In this document: in pieces, positions 12,772 to 25,745 of the stretch | Position numbering within the stretch: position 1 is the first letter of the stretch | Layout of the letters: each line of letters opens with the position of its first letter | Assembly: GCF_004010195.1 (NCBI RefSeq) | Contig: NC_057740.1 | Span: forward strand, 37,769,267-37,833,266 | Length of the DNA stretch: 64,000 nt | From: Chiloscyllium plagiosum | Lineage: Eukaryota | Direction of reading: 5' to 3' | Translations under genes and position numbers: made by a program | Notes under the pieces: model-generated | Databases searched by the model: none | Told to the model about the DNA's origin: nothing | What the model saw: the letters and a program-made list of their open reading frames with translations, nothing else

Positions 12772-13097
12772 TGGAGTGGCATTGTGGCTCAGTGGTTAGC
12801 ACTGCTGCCTCACAGCGCCAGGGACCCGGGTTTGATTACAGCCTCGGGCGACTGTCTGTGTGGAGTTTGCACATTCTCCCCGTGTCTGCATAGATTTCCT
12901 CCGGGTGCTCCGGTTTCCTCCCACAATCCAAAAATGTGTAGATTAGGTGAATTGGCCATGCTAAATTGCCCATAGTGTTAGGTGCATTAGTCAGGGGTTC
13001 ATATGGGGAATGGATCTGGGTGGGTTACTCTTCGGAGGGTCAATATGGACTTGTTGGGCCAAAGGACCTGTTTCCATACTGTAGGTAATTCTAATCT
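12772..13097 (+). mobile_element. HE1-type V-SINE
   Basis: tRNA-like head gtggctcagtggttagcactgctgcctcacagcgccaggg; V-domain tgtggagtttgcacattctccccgtgtctg; HER1-like tail. Confidence 0.9.
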
Positions 13098-13244
13098 CAT
13101 TGAACTAACTAGGATTCTCAGTGCAATTTTCAGAGGTCTTAACTGAAGTGGAACATAAAACATGACTATCCCTTAATCGTTTCACCCTTATTTGATTTGG
13201 CTTTTGTAAATCCTAGCCCTAGCATGTGTATATTCTATCATTGT

Positions 13245-13575
13245 CCTTATTAAAGTCGCACTGCCGGAAATCGCAAGCTTCTACTGAAAGCATCTACCAA
13301 ACCTGTGACCTCTACTGCCTAGGAAGGACAGGAGCAGCAAGTGCATGTATACACCACCAGTTACCCTTCCATTTCACTCACCATCCTCACTTGCAGCTAT
13401 ATCACTTGCAACTATTCCTTCACTGTTACTGAGTCAGAATCCTGAAACTGCTTCCCTGACAGCATTGTGGGTGTACCTACACCAAATGGATTACAGAGGT
13501 TCAAGAAGGCAGCTCACCAACAATGGTTGGAGGCCGATTAGGGATGAGGCCCTTGCATACCAAGAACAGAGAAAG
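13245..13575 (+). mobile_element. Family B LINE 3' fragment
   Basis: ggttcaagaaggcagctcaccaa tail; colinear with 49960-50290. Confidence 0.6.
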
Positions 13576-13802
13576 AAAAATGTATCACACAAGTAAACTT
13601 TGAAAGATTCCACTTGAAATTTGAATCCATCTCATAGATTAATATTAACTTATCTCAGATACTGACTACATTTTAAAGCTCCTGTTTGTTTCTACCTTTA
13701 TGAGTGTCAACCATTGGGATTTTACCTTGAAACTTTGTGTTTTGAGCTGGGGGTTGGCAGGCCAGGGGGTTACTCTGTAGCCAGCTGATTCGCCTTGTAA
13801 CA

Positions 13803-14169
13803 GTGGGCGGCACGGTGGCACAGTGGGTAGCACTGCTTTGTAACAGTGGGCGGCACGGTGGCACAGTGGGTAGCACTGCTGTCTCACAGCGCCAGAGACC
13901 CAGGTTCAATTCCCGCCTCAGGCGACTCTGTGTGGAGTTTGCACGTTCTCCCCGTGTCTGCGTGGGTTTCCTCCGGGTGCTCCAGTTTCCTCCCACAGTC
14001 GAAAAATGTGCAGGTTAGGTGAATTGGCCAAGTTAAATTGCCCATAGTGTTGGGTGAAGGGGTAAATGTAGAGGAATGGGTCTGGGTGGGTTGCGCTTCG
14101 GCGGGTCGGTGTGGACTTGTTGGGCCGAAGGGCCTGTTTCCACACTGTAAGTAATCTAATCTAATCTAA
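13803..14169 (+). mobile_element. Young HE1 SINE with a duplicated 5' junction and (TAATC)n tail
   Basis: CpG-rich; A box tggcacagtgg and B box ggttcaattcc; 43 bp perfect tandem at 13795-13880. Confidence 0.93.
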
Positions 14170-15339
14170 TAAAACCTCATTGTGGCCAGTGGGGCTAGTT
14201 GACCTGATGGTGTCGGTGTTTTGAGGCTAATTGTCAGCACCCAACTATTGCCGTCGCTTTAATCTGCTGGCTGTATATATTGGGATTTTTTTTTGGCTTG
14301 CTACATCAGGAATTGCCTTAATCCAAATGTCTAATGTTTTTCAAAAACAATTTTATTCCGTTTTGCTATGCAGGGCAAGTGACTGGTGAATATGACTGCA
14401 AAATAAAGACAGACTTCGAAATTAGAGCAAAGGTCACAGTACAAAAAGGGATGAAGATAACATCAATACACAAAAAAATCAGGATAAGTTATAGGAAGTT
14501 ATAAATATCTGATGAAAATAAACACGAGAACATAAGGAGCAGGAATAAGCCCTGCTTGGCCACTCAGTAACTTCACAGCTGATCTTTTAACTTTATTTCC
14601 CTCAACTATTTACCCCTATTTTGAGTATTGTTCAAACATTACACATTTTCCAATCACTATAGGTCCACTTGTCAACCAATCAACTCTTGTCATTTCTTAC
14701 AATATAAATGTTGCTTTTACTTTACATTGGTGTTTCTTGCAGATTGTCCTAATGAGTGCAAGGTGAAAAGCTTCAAAGTTTTTCTTTTCAGCAATGCTCA
14801 ATTTCTGTACTACCAAGCAAATATTCTATCCCCCAATCCTTTGAGGTGTGGAATATTTAAAGGTTCACAATCTTCTGAGTGAATAAATTTCTCCCCATCT
14901 TAGACCTAAATATCTAATCCCAGTTCTTGAGGTTCTGGCCTCTAATTCTAGACTATTTAGCTGCGAAAACAGTCTGTTCTTCCATCAAGCCCTCTTAGTG
15001 TTTTGCACATTTGGGACCACCTAAAGTAGGAGTAGTTTATCTTAATATACCCTTACAAAAACAGTTCAGAAAGCAATCTAGGCAAGATGTAGCCATCATT
15101 TGGAAGCAAAACTTCCCAATAAAGTATCGTGGATGTGCATGCATCAAATGTTTCTCAGAATCCTGTCTTAGATTAGTGACACTACTGGAAGGGTATATTA
15201 AATGGCAAATACAGTATTGCATGAGAAATCAGCACCAAAATGAGGCAATTGGAGGCAGTAATTGGAAGTTAGATGTAGCCAGGAAAGCAGACTGGATACG
15301 ATTGGACCTAACTATTATGCACTTTAATCTCAAAAACAG

Positions 15340-16050
15340 TTGTGAAGTAAAGAAAATGTGATGGGAGTAGCTGTGCTAGTCTCAGTGGCAGTAAGTAGCA
15401 AAGGGGTCAACACTGAATCACTGTGGATTGAGATGAACGATAGTAAGGAGTTGGACAACTAACCCTGAAGGCGACAAAATAATTGAAAGCAAATGGAGAA
15501 ATATGTTCAATAACATATGAAATTATATGATACAAAAACACAGTCCTAATATGTAGGTTTCACCTAATCACAAACAAGGTGGCAAGTAGAATGTGATGGA
15601 AGACATAAGGATAGGGTTTTTGTACTGTGTACAGGATTTATTTCTGATCCAATGTGTAAAGGGAGTGTTTCTTGACTTAGCGATGAGGAATCAAGTGGAA
15701 CAGATAAAAGAAATAAGCGTGGATGAATATTTTGGGAGCATTGACCACAATATAAGGTCTAAGATGATTGAGAATTATATGCAGTACAAAGATCAAATGG
15801 ATTGTAAAACAAGCTAACTATGGGGGAGGAGCTAAAGAAGGTAAACAAGAGAAAATTATTGACTGACAAAGAAATAGAGCAACAATTGGCAATATTAAAG
15901 GTTAGCTCGATGGAGTTCAAGAGAAGTAAATGTCATTAAGGAGAATACACTAGCCAAGAATAAGGTGGACAGACAAAAAAAGAATTAACCTAATTAGCTG
16001 AATAGTAAAGTTTATCATGGAAATGAGTATGATGAGATGAGGAATGATGT
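15340..16050 (+). mobile_element. Highly degraded CR1 ORF2 endonuclease region
   Basis: ESLWIEM at ~15415; ORF 15593-15817 FLYCVQDLFLIQCV..LDL..FGSIDHN resembles APE-endonuclease LDL/SDH motifs. Confidence 0.6.
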
Positions 16051-16587
16051 TCATATAAAAATTTAAGGAAATTGACGGGATAGTCAATGAAAGTGTCAAA
16101 ACATGTGTATGAAAGATCTCAGTCCAATTTTAGAAGGAGATCCCTGACTCTGTTAATGTTTTACCTTGCCTGGATTGCCCTCTGGTTCCAGTGACCAGGT
16201 TAGATGCCAGAACCGTAACCCTTTGTAAAAGATTTTTAACGATTCACCACAAGTAGAGTGAAAAAGTTCCTCCTCATCTCAACCAGTCAGTGTCAGTCAG
16301 ACCTGTTGGTTAAAATGAATTTGCTGTCATCTTCTTGAGTTCTTGAGTCCAAAGAGCAGTCCAACCCACAGTGCCACAGCTGGTACCTCAGCTGGGGAAA
16401 GGTAGCAAGTCATGAATCTACTGCAGCTGAGATGGGGATCACTCCTTTACACTGTTGTACCACTATATTCCACACTAGCTGATCAGCCAACTGAGTTAAC
16501 CAGCCCCTGGTCAGTGGGGAAAACAAAATAAAAATCGTAGGAATTCAGATGTGCAAAATGTCAAAAGTAACAGTGTAATGGTAGAGT

Positions 16588-16950
16588 GTTTTATTCAGTC
16601 ACAGAGTGTGGATGTCACTGGCAAAGGCAGCATTTATTGCCCATCCCTAATTGCCCAGAGGGCAGTTGAGAGTCAACCACATTGCTATGGGTCTGGAGTC
16701 ACATGTAGGCCAGACAAGGTAAGGACGGCAGATTTCCTTCCCTGAAGGGCATTAGTGAACCAGATGGGTTTTTACAACAATCAACAATGGCTTCATGGTC
16801 ATCAGTCAATTCTTGATGCCAGATATTTTAAAAATTTGAATTCAAATACCCGGCATCTGCCAGGATAGGATTCAAACTGTGATCCCCAGGACGTTAGCTG
16901 AGTTTCTGGATTAACAGTCTAGAGTTATACCACTAGGCCATTGCTTCCCC
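16588..16950 (-). mobile_element. MetaSINE/SlmI-like SINE
   Basis: Reverse complement has ggttcactaatgcccttcagggaaggaaatctgccgtccttacc..ggcctacatgtgactccagac and a 3' tail shared with the family B LINE. Confidence 0.7.
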
Positions 16951-17332
16951 TAAGTGAAAAAGAGGAGGGTAATACTATACAAAACTTGGTTAGACCACAC
17001 TTGAAGTATGATGTGCAGTTTTGGCCTCCCTGTACTATTAAAAGGATATTGTAGTATCAGGCAGTCATGAGTCTTATTTAAGCTTGGTTTGGAAGGAGAG
17101 TTTGCGGTTACAGAAGGAAATCTGTAGTAAAAGCCTGTGTTTCCAATGCTGCAAGTAGTCACAACAGTGAATCATGTAGTATTCTGATATGTGTGACAGA
17201 GCCTTCAAAACATTTTCTGGCAGGACTTCCCAAACTAGGGATTGACATGTAATATATGGCCAGTGATGACCACCGTAGCTCCGACTGTTCCCTGTTTCTG
17301 TTCTGGGCACGTGCTTCATATATATTACCCAC

Positions 17333-17972
17333 TGATTTGATTTGATTTATTATTGTCACATATACTTTACTAACAGATCGTACTATACAAGTGCATCAGA
17401 GTTTCCGAACAGACATCGCGATACAATGTTACAGCTGCCGAGAAGGTGCAGAGAGAGCTCAGAATTAACATTAAAGAGGTCCATTCAAAAGTCTGATAAC
17501 AGCGGAGAAGGAGCCATTCATGAATCTGTTCATATGTATATACAATCTTTTGCTTGATGGAAGAGTGGAAGAGCGTATAACTGGGTGGGAGGGGTCTTTG
17601 ATTATGTTGGTTGCTTTCCCGAGGCAGTGGGAAGTATCGATGAAGTCAGTGGATGGAAGGCTGCTTTGCATGATGGACTGGTAAGATAAGATGCTTTCTA
17701 TGGTGCATCTACAAACATTTGTCGGGGTCATGATAGACATGTCAAATTTCCTTAGCTTTCTGAAGAAGTAGAGATGTTGCTATGCTTTCTTGACCATAGC
17801 GTCAATGTGGGTGGACCCAGTTGGTGATCATCACTCCCAGGAACTTGATGCTTTCAACCATCTCCACCTCAGCACCATTTGATACAGACAGGGGTGTGCC
17901 CTTCAGTCTGCTTCCTGAAGTCAGTGACCAGCTCCTTTGTTTTGCTGATGTTGATAGGGAGATTGTTGACTT
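17333..17972 (-). mobile_element. Rex1/Babar LINE 3' fragment
   Basis: Minus-strand peptides GAEVEMVESIKFLGV and LYFFRKLRKF..CRCTIESIL..KDPSHP; (TCAAA)n tail at 17333-17348. Confidence 0.85.
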
Positions 17973-18570
17973 TAGGTGTAACTGTCATGTAACTTGTGCT
18001 GTGTATTTGGTCTTGGACACGTGGTTTTTAAAAAAAGTTTTTGAAGAAGATTAAACCTCATGTAGTTGGAGCAATAGAAAACTATTACAAATTGAGTAAG
18101 GGTAGAGAGTCCTGTACCCATTAAGGCTCGAGCATTTCAGACTTCAAGTTATCCAGTGATGGACGCAGTTTTTTGGAAAGTGCTTTCCTTCTGTTGAAGC
18201 AGCCAATTCCAAATGTGATATCAATAATAGGGATATTTAAATTAATTTTCAAAACACCATTTTGTTTGATTGTCCTTCCCAAACCCAATTTTCTTCTGTC
18301 CTGAAAACCAGATCCAAGCTGCTCACCCTTTGGCTGCTTATCTGGGCAGCCGCTCTCCCTATTGAAGTCCAAGAAGTGAGTGCTGTCAAACCATTGGCGG
18401 ACCAGTATTGTTCGCATCTTTCAAAGAAGGTTCATTGGCTAGTGCTTTGGGACAGGTGCTTTGGCAATTCCCAACCTTACTGGCCCCTCTCTGGGGAACT
18501 AAAATGAACAAGACCCTTTTTACTTCCAAGTAGATTAGCATTAGTATTTTCAGTTATTAATTGCACTCCT

Positions 18571-18932
18571 TAGGTTTACAAAGTTGAGGGGCATGGATAG
18601 GGTAAATAGGCAAAGTCTTTTCCCTAGGGTCGGGAAGTCCAGAACTAGAGGGCATAGGTTTAGGGTGAGAGGGGAAAGATGCAAAAGAGACTTAAGGGGC
18701 AACATTTTCACACAGAGGGTGGTACGTGTGTAGAATGAGCTGCCAGGGGAAGTGGTGGAGGCTGGTACAATTGCAACATCTAAAGGCATTTGGATGGGTA
18801 TATGAATAGGAAGGGTTTGGAGGGATATGGGCCGGGTGCTGGCAGGTGGGACTAAATTGGGTTGGGATATCTGGTCGGCATGGACAAGTTGGACCGAAGG
18901 GTCTGTTTCCATGCTGTACATCTCTACGACTC
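18571..18932 (+). mobile_element. HER1 LINE 3' end
   Basis: Near-identical to 4555-4915. Confidence 0.92.
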
Positions 18933-21011
18933 ACTCAGATTCTTATTTCCATATCTCGTTTGCATTCCATTGTGGGCTTTTGCACATTCATTTCTGGTGT
19001 CTGCTTTATTTATTCTGAACCTGTAGTGCATATTTAGCAGAAACCATTAGAAGACTATTATTACGCCTCGATTATCCAGAGAGGAACAGATGGAAGGGGT
19101 GTTGAAAGTGAGCCAAACATCAGACTTTACTTGGATCCTTTACATCAAATGCTATTGTGATTCCTAATCTAACATTGTGACTGGAAACTTGCTAAAATGG
19201 TTTTTTTTGGGTTCACCCATTGGGTAGTGGGTACATGTGGAGGTCATTGCCTGAAAGGGTACCAGAGGCAGAAATCCTCACTGTCTTTTAAAGGTAGTGT
19301 GAGTAGGCATCTCAGGCATAGTAGCTACGGACCAAATACTGGAAAGTGGGACTATTCTGCGTGGCTCATTTCTCACCAAGCACTGACACGATCAACCAAG
19401 CAGCCTCTTTATGCTGCAAACTTTCCATGATTCTATCTTGAATGCCTTTTTTTAATGGTGAGCACTTTATTTTTGTCTGTTGGACAAGCTCGGTTATCGA
19501 ATATTAAGATATCAAGGCTGAATTAACTTAATGATAGTTGGCTAGTCAATCTATGAAATTATTTACCGCAGAATGCTGTCAATGCTGGACATTAAATATA
19601 TTCAAAGCTGAGATTGACTTAATCAGTAATGAAGTTGATGGGGATAAGGTAGAAAGTGGAGTTGAGTATCAGATCAGCCTTAATCTTCTCGAATGATGGA
19701 GTATACTTGATGGGCTGAAAGACTGACTTCCACTCCTATGTCTTTTGGTCAGTTTCATAAAACAAATGAATTATTATTCAAGATTAAGAAATTAAAAGCA
19801 CTTTCCACTGAAATTTATATTTCAAGCCTGATGGTACATCCTTACAGTCCTGATTTCCCCTTGGATAATGTAATCCTCTATTTGGCATATTCACTGAATG
19901 GTTTACCTGAGTTTAAGAGTAATGGGGGATATCAAAGGAGGATCTTCTGATTAGTTTGTGCTTCATCATCAGAGAGAACACATTTCTTCTTCTCAATTTA
20001 ATCCCTTTCTCCTCATTGAGTGTTATTTATTTTCTAATGTTTATCCAACAAACTGAAGAGTTTTCCAGGTGATTTTGACCAACAATGTTTCTGCAGCCAA
20101 TACCGTTGAAGAAAGGTTTAACTGGTCATTTATCTCCCCACAGTTGGTGGGTTTCTGTTCTGTCCATTTCAGTCATTGCGTTTACAACAGTGACTGCGTG
20201 TCAGGAAGTAATTCAGTGCATGTAAAATGCTTTGGGGTGAACTGTGGGCATGAAAGGTGACGTATTAATGCAAGTCTCTTCCTCCTTCCTTCCCTCAGGA
20301 GGAGAGAGAATTACAAACCCCTTTCCTCAATCCTGAGTGTGTCATTGACCTTTTCAAAACAAAGGCTCCTCTTGCCGTTAGTTGTGTGCTCACTACCTGT
20401 GCAAGCTTTGTGTTTGTTAGTTTTGTGTACAAATTGTGGTTTCTTCAGCATATTACCATTGCAATTGATCCCAAGCTACTGGGATATTGACAACACATTT
20501 GCTTATGTTTGTTTCTCTCTCACTTTGAAGAATGCAGGCAGAGGATAACAATGGGCCACTTTCAAAATATTTGTGGCACCGAAAGCAGACATTTGGTTCA
20601 ACTGATCCATACTGCACATAGGCCTCTTCCCATCCTTCTTTGTCTAATCCATCAACAGGTTCTTCCCCTTCACGCACATTTATCTAGCTTTCTTTTGAGC
20701 ACTTCCATGCTATTTGCCTGAACTGCTCCCTTTGAAGGTGAGTTCCCGATTCTAACCTGCTCTGTGGCAAAGAAATATTCTCCTGAAATCCCCATTTTAA
20801 AAATAATTAATGACTGTCCCATTTTGATGGCTCTTTGGAGGGCCTAGAGCATGGGGATAAATCCGAGCTCAATAACCTGGACTCTGATCTTAGGGCACCC
20901 ACTGTGCTCGACCTAGGGCTAGGTGCTAAACCAGGACCGGTGCTGGGTTCATAATCTCTGCCAGCCCCTGACCTGTAGTTCTAGTCTTACCTGTGGGTGA
21001 ACGTGTCGTGG

Positions 21012-21039
21012 CTACATCTACATCTACATCTACATCTAC
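21012..21039 (+). repeat. (CTACAT)n microsatellite
   Basis: ctacatctacatctacatctacatctac. Confidence 0.9.
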
Positions 21040-23749
21040 CAAACGATTTCATCAGCTCCTTACGAAATCCGCATCCTAAGGTAAGCTTAAATTTTTCCGA
21101 ACAGCTATCTGGAAAATGATGACACAGTACAGTTCACATCCTATAATTTGGGGACAAAAAATTCAACTGCAGCATTAGAACCCTCTGTCTGTCTTATTTC
21201 TTAGGTAGTGATGCTGATTTAACAAATGACTGCAAGCATGATCAGCTGAATGGCTGTAGCACTTTTGTCCTGTCCTGATTCTGTGAATTCTGCTGAACCA
21301 GGAGATCAACTGAAAATTGTGCAAACTCAGATTGTTGTCTTCTCCTTAGGCAAGATTATTAAGGCTAATAAAGACAAGTGCAAGTAGACAGGAGTTAGGA
21401 TGAAGATCAGTCATTATCGCATTGAATGATGGAAAAGGCTTAAAGAGCTGAATAGTCTACTCTTATGCAATTGAGCAGCATCACTGTCCAGTCATGTTGC
21501 AGTCATGATCAATCTGGGGACAGGTTTATTGGGGAAGTGGTGGCCTTTGCCTGCTCATATTCATTTACACAGCTGCCTGGTGCATCAAAACAGCAGCTAC
21601 ACACAGTCAAGCTAGAGAACAGTGCAGCACAGAAAGACTCCACTCTGCTCATTGTACCAGTGCCAGCTAGTTCTTTCCCTATAGTCCTGTAATTTTCTTT
21701 CCCTTTGAACTAGTTTTTGAAGAATTACGATTGAATTTCCTTCCCACCAGCCTTTTAGGCAGCATGGTTCAGATCACGACTTGCTGTGCTTTTAAAATAC
21801 GTTTCATTATCTTCCTCAGTTCCTTTTGGAAATCAAGTTAAATATTGATCCTGGAAACGTAGATTAAATAATTTTACTTTAGAGATTTATGCTGTGCAGT
21901 GTAAAAATAAAGCTGGCTGACGCATTCTCGTTTTCTATACCTTGGTTTAGAACCTTGTAGGTTACAGTACCCTAAAGGCATTACCATGTAGTTCCTGAGT
22001 GCCATGGGGATTTCTGCAGCCTTCTCAAGCATTGGGTTACAGACCCTCACCACCCACTTGGTAAAAGGTTTGCTCCTCATCCATTCTAATCCTTCTAAGA
22101 ACTCCTTTAAGTCATTCCTACATTTATTGACTTTAGTACTTAGTCCTTTTCTATCTGAGTTTCCTATAATTTTCACTGTGTCATAAGTGCAGGTCGTGCA
22201 CTTTTCTCCCTGTAGCTGTTGTGGAGGTTTGCCATTGTCTCCTACTTTAAGGGACAAAGCATGACGGAAGGTCCCAAGTCTACTTCCCATGTGGTTAGCA
22301 TTATTCTGGGCACCCAGCCAGTTGAGTTAACCATCCCTCTCTGTAGTTTTATACACCTCAATTAAGTGTGTCCTTTAGTTACCAATCCTTCTGCCACTGA
22401 AGCCGGTTCTGCAGGAGCTCTGGAGGCTGATGGAGGGAGGGGGTGGGAGGAAGTGGCTTCTGCTGTGGTGGCTGAGCGGAGGCTGATAATTTTATATATG
22501 TCAGTGTTGTTGACTGTGTGGCAACGGCATGTCGGTAATCAAAGGCACTGGAGGAAATTTTTTTTAAAAACTTCATGCATTTTTCTGTTCAATCCGAAAC
22601 TAAATAGTTAGCTGTTCAAATCTCAGTCCACATAAAATTTCTAAAAATGCAAATGGAGCAATTTTGTTCCTCTATCATTGTACCCACTACTTTAGATGTT
22701 GAGTCCATTCTGGTGTTGAAGGCTGCAGCATTTAGGATTGGGATGCTTAATGCTAGGAACTGGGGAAGAAAAGCTAGTTTCTGCACCTTTTATATAAGTG
22801 AGGTTTTCCACTCCCAACTTCTGCTCATCCTGAAGTGAAGATACATTTCTGAGGGTAATCACCACTCTCTATATTGCTGCTTCCAAAGTACCAGTTTATC
22901 GTCTGGAAGCTCAATTAATAAGTACTTGTTGGCTGTTTGAGTATTAAGGCAGAGCTGGTTTCTCTTTTTAGTGTTCCTTGCAGTGTATTTCCAGGTACAA
23001 ATCTTTGGGTTGTGAAAAGAAAGAAGTACTGGCTTTGCAGAGATTTGGAAATTTTGCAAGAGGGAATTTGACTGCATCTGGGATCATAGTGTCTACTGCT
23101 TTCTGAATCTGGAGTGATCACTCTTGGCTTGTTGTGAACATGCTGGATTCATGGTTAAAATTGATGTATTTTGTAAGGGGTGCATTAACGGGTTGTACAA
23201 ATGCCGGAAATCTGAAGTAAAACGGAAAATGCTGGAAATGCAATATACGTGAACAGAGCAATATTTTCAGGTCATAACTTTCAATCCCAATAAAAGGTGG
23301 TTGTTGTCTCTGATGACCATTGTCTTCTCATTGTTCAACTGCGTTAAATCCAACTCAGATCCAATCTTCGTGATCTGTTGTATGTAACTCTTGGACTTGA
23401 CAGGAAATCTACTTGAGAGGACTGGAGAGAGTACTTGTCCCTGTCGGTAAAATCAATGATTTGGATTAGCTCTGCTTTTACATTAAATATGCAGTGCCAT
23501 ATTATTTTAACCTCTCTGTTATCAAAGTTATGCAGTGAACACTTGCTTTTCATCTGTATCTGAAATGTAATTGAACATAGAGCAATGTTTGTTAAAGGCG
23601 TATAGGTTCTAGGAAGTGTGAGAACAAGATAACTGTTTTGGAAAATTGGTGCAATTTCATGCCAGCTGCTCCATTTGGTCAGATGGCATGATGCAAGGAT
23701 TTACAATGACAGCAAATGCAAGCACCAAAATCCTTAAATATGGTCGACT

Positions 23750-24690
23750 TATAGATGTTTACGCTACAGAATGAGGCTACTTGGCCATCATGTTAAAGCT
23801 AGTCAACAAAGATCTGACTACACTAATCCCACTTTCCAGCTTTTGGCCCATAGCCCTGGAGGCAACAGCACACAAGTGGATATCTAAATTAAATGTTTAA
23901 ACATTTCTGATATAGCTACCCTTTCAGGCAGCAAATTCCAGATTCCACCACCCTTGGTTTGAAAATGTTTCTCCTCAATTCACCTCTTAAGCAGCATGGT
24001 TAACACTGCTGCCTCACAGCACCAGGGACCCAGGTTTGATTCTACCCTCAGGTGACTGTCTGCGGAGTATGCACTTTCTCCCGGTGTCTGTGTAGGTTTT
24101 CTCCAAGTGCCCTGCTTTCCTCCCATCATCCAAAGATATGCAGGTTAGGTAAATTGGCCATGCTGAATTGCCCATAGTGTCCAGGGAATGCAGGCTAGGT
24201 GGGTTAACCATGGGAAATGCAGGGTTACAGGGATAGGGTAGGGGAGTGGATCTGAGTAAGATGCTATTCGTAGGATCAGTGTGGACTTGGTGGGCCGAGC
24301 GGTCGTCTTGCACACTGTATAGATTCTATGATCCTAGCATTCTACCTCTTACCTTAAATCAGACCCTCACCACCCACTTGGTAAAAGGTTTGCTACTCAT
24401 CCATTCTAATTCTTCTAAGAACTGTTATTGATCCCAAAAAATGCCATTCTATCCACCCGAAGCCTGACCCTCATAACCTTCCTCTCTCAGGTCCCCCCAT
24501 CTCAACCTTTGCAGATCCAAGGAAAACAACCTCAGCCTATCCAATCTTTCCTTTAATTCTCAGATCCTATTGCTGAGGCAGCATTACTGGTGAATCCTTT
24601 TGCACCCTGTCAAGTACAATCACGTCGTTCCTATACTGTGGTGACCTGAACTGCATGCAGTACACCAGTTGTGACCTGATGAGCATTTTA
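23750..24690 (-). mobile_element. Old CR1 3' fragment containing an HE1 insertion and a templated insert
   Basis: Antisense motifs ttggcccatagccctg and ccaaggaaaacaacctcagcctatccaatct. Confidence 0.6.
23990..24335 (+). mobile_element. HE1 SINE, diverged
   Basis: ggttaacactgctgcctcacagcaccagggacccagg...cacactgtatagattctatga. Confidence 0.85.
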
Positions 24691-24879
24691 GGTATTTTTA
24701 ATGAATTTGTTCAGGTTCTGGAGCAGGTGAGGCTTGGACCTGGCCTAGAGGTAGGGAACCAGTGTTTTATACATGCAAGTAGAGTTTCAAATATTATAAA
24801 GTTATATCAAAGTTTTCACCTGGATTGATAAAATCCTGCCGTGTATTAGAAAAGTGCAAGTCATCTGTTTAGCAAACTT

Positions 24880-24968
24880 AGAATTATAGAACTCCTACAG
24901 TGTGGAAACAGGCCATTAGGCCCAACGAGTACTCAACGACCCTCCGAAGAGTATCTCACCCAGACCCA
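24880..24968 (-). mobile_element. HE1 3' fragment
   Basis: cctacagtgtggaaacaggcc..gaccctccgaagagt..cacccagaccc. Confidence 0.8.
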
Positions 24969-25311
24969 AAACAGAATCTGTCTTCACTAATTTTCTTGCT
25001 CCACATTTAACAACCTAACCATTAAACAAAGGACCATAAGATCAAAAACAGGTAGATCCAACATGCCTTGCGTCCACTTTCCTGCCCTTTCTCCAGAAGT
25101 GGATTGTAGAGAGCGTAAAGATAACATTTTGGGGTTTTGGGAAAGGACTGCTATGTCATTGCAAGAATAATGGAAAGCCTGTTCAGTGCCATTAATTGCT
25201 TTTGAAAATCAGAAGTCGTATCCCAAAAATGCTACATGGGCAGACTTTGTCCCTGATATTATTGGTGCTCTGCCTGTCTGTGGTATGAGTTGTGCTGCAT
25301 GCTACAATCAT

Positions 25312-25745
25312 CCGTGGCTCAGTTGGTTACACTCATGCCTCTAAATTGGAAAGTCGTTGTTCTAGGTTTTGTTTCAGAGACGTGAATGCATGATCCCCAG
25401 GTTGGCTTTCCTAGTGCAGCGTTTCCGGGGTTGGCAATGCTTACTTTCTGTGGAATAAGATTTTAAATTGAGGTTCCATCTGTCGTCTTGGGTGGTCATA
25501 CAAGATCCCATCCCATATATAGAAGAAAATTAATTCCAGCAGCATTTGCCAAACCAGTTGAAACAGATTATCTGGATATTGTCTTGTTGCTGGGTATCCG
25601 ATCTTGCGCTATACAAATTGGTTGATCTGTTTCTCTTAACTGTTAAAGTGACTATGAGACTACCATTCAAAAATATTTCATTGACTGACTATGGTATATC
25701 ACATGGTTGTGAAAAGAGCTATATAAATGCAAATTCTTTCTTTCA
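25312..25745 (+). mobile_element. SacSINE1-like DeuSINE, near full length
   Basis: A-box-like gtggctcagttgg; aagatcccat; aaacagattatctgg; tail gaaaagagctatataaatgcaaattctttcttt. Confidence 0.7.

Noticed and set aside
13846-13925. tRNA gene
   Set aside because: The A and B boxes belong to the tRNA-derived HE1 head, which continues into the V-domain and LINE-like tail
19064-19090. cctcgattatcc resembling the MITE TIR
   Set aside because: No partner TIR or TA-CAG terminus found; too short
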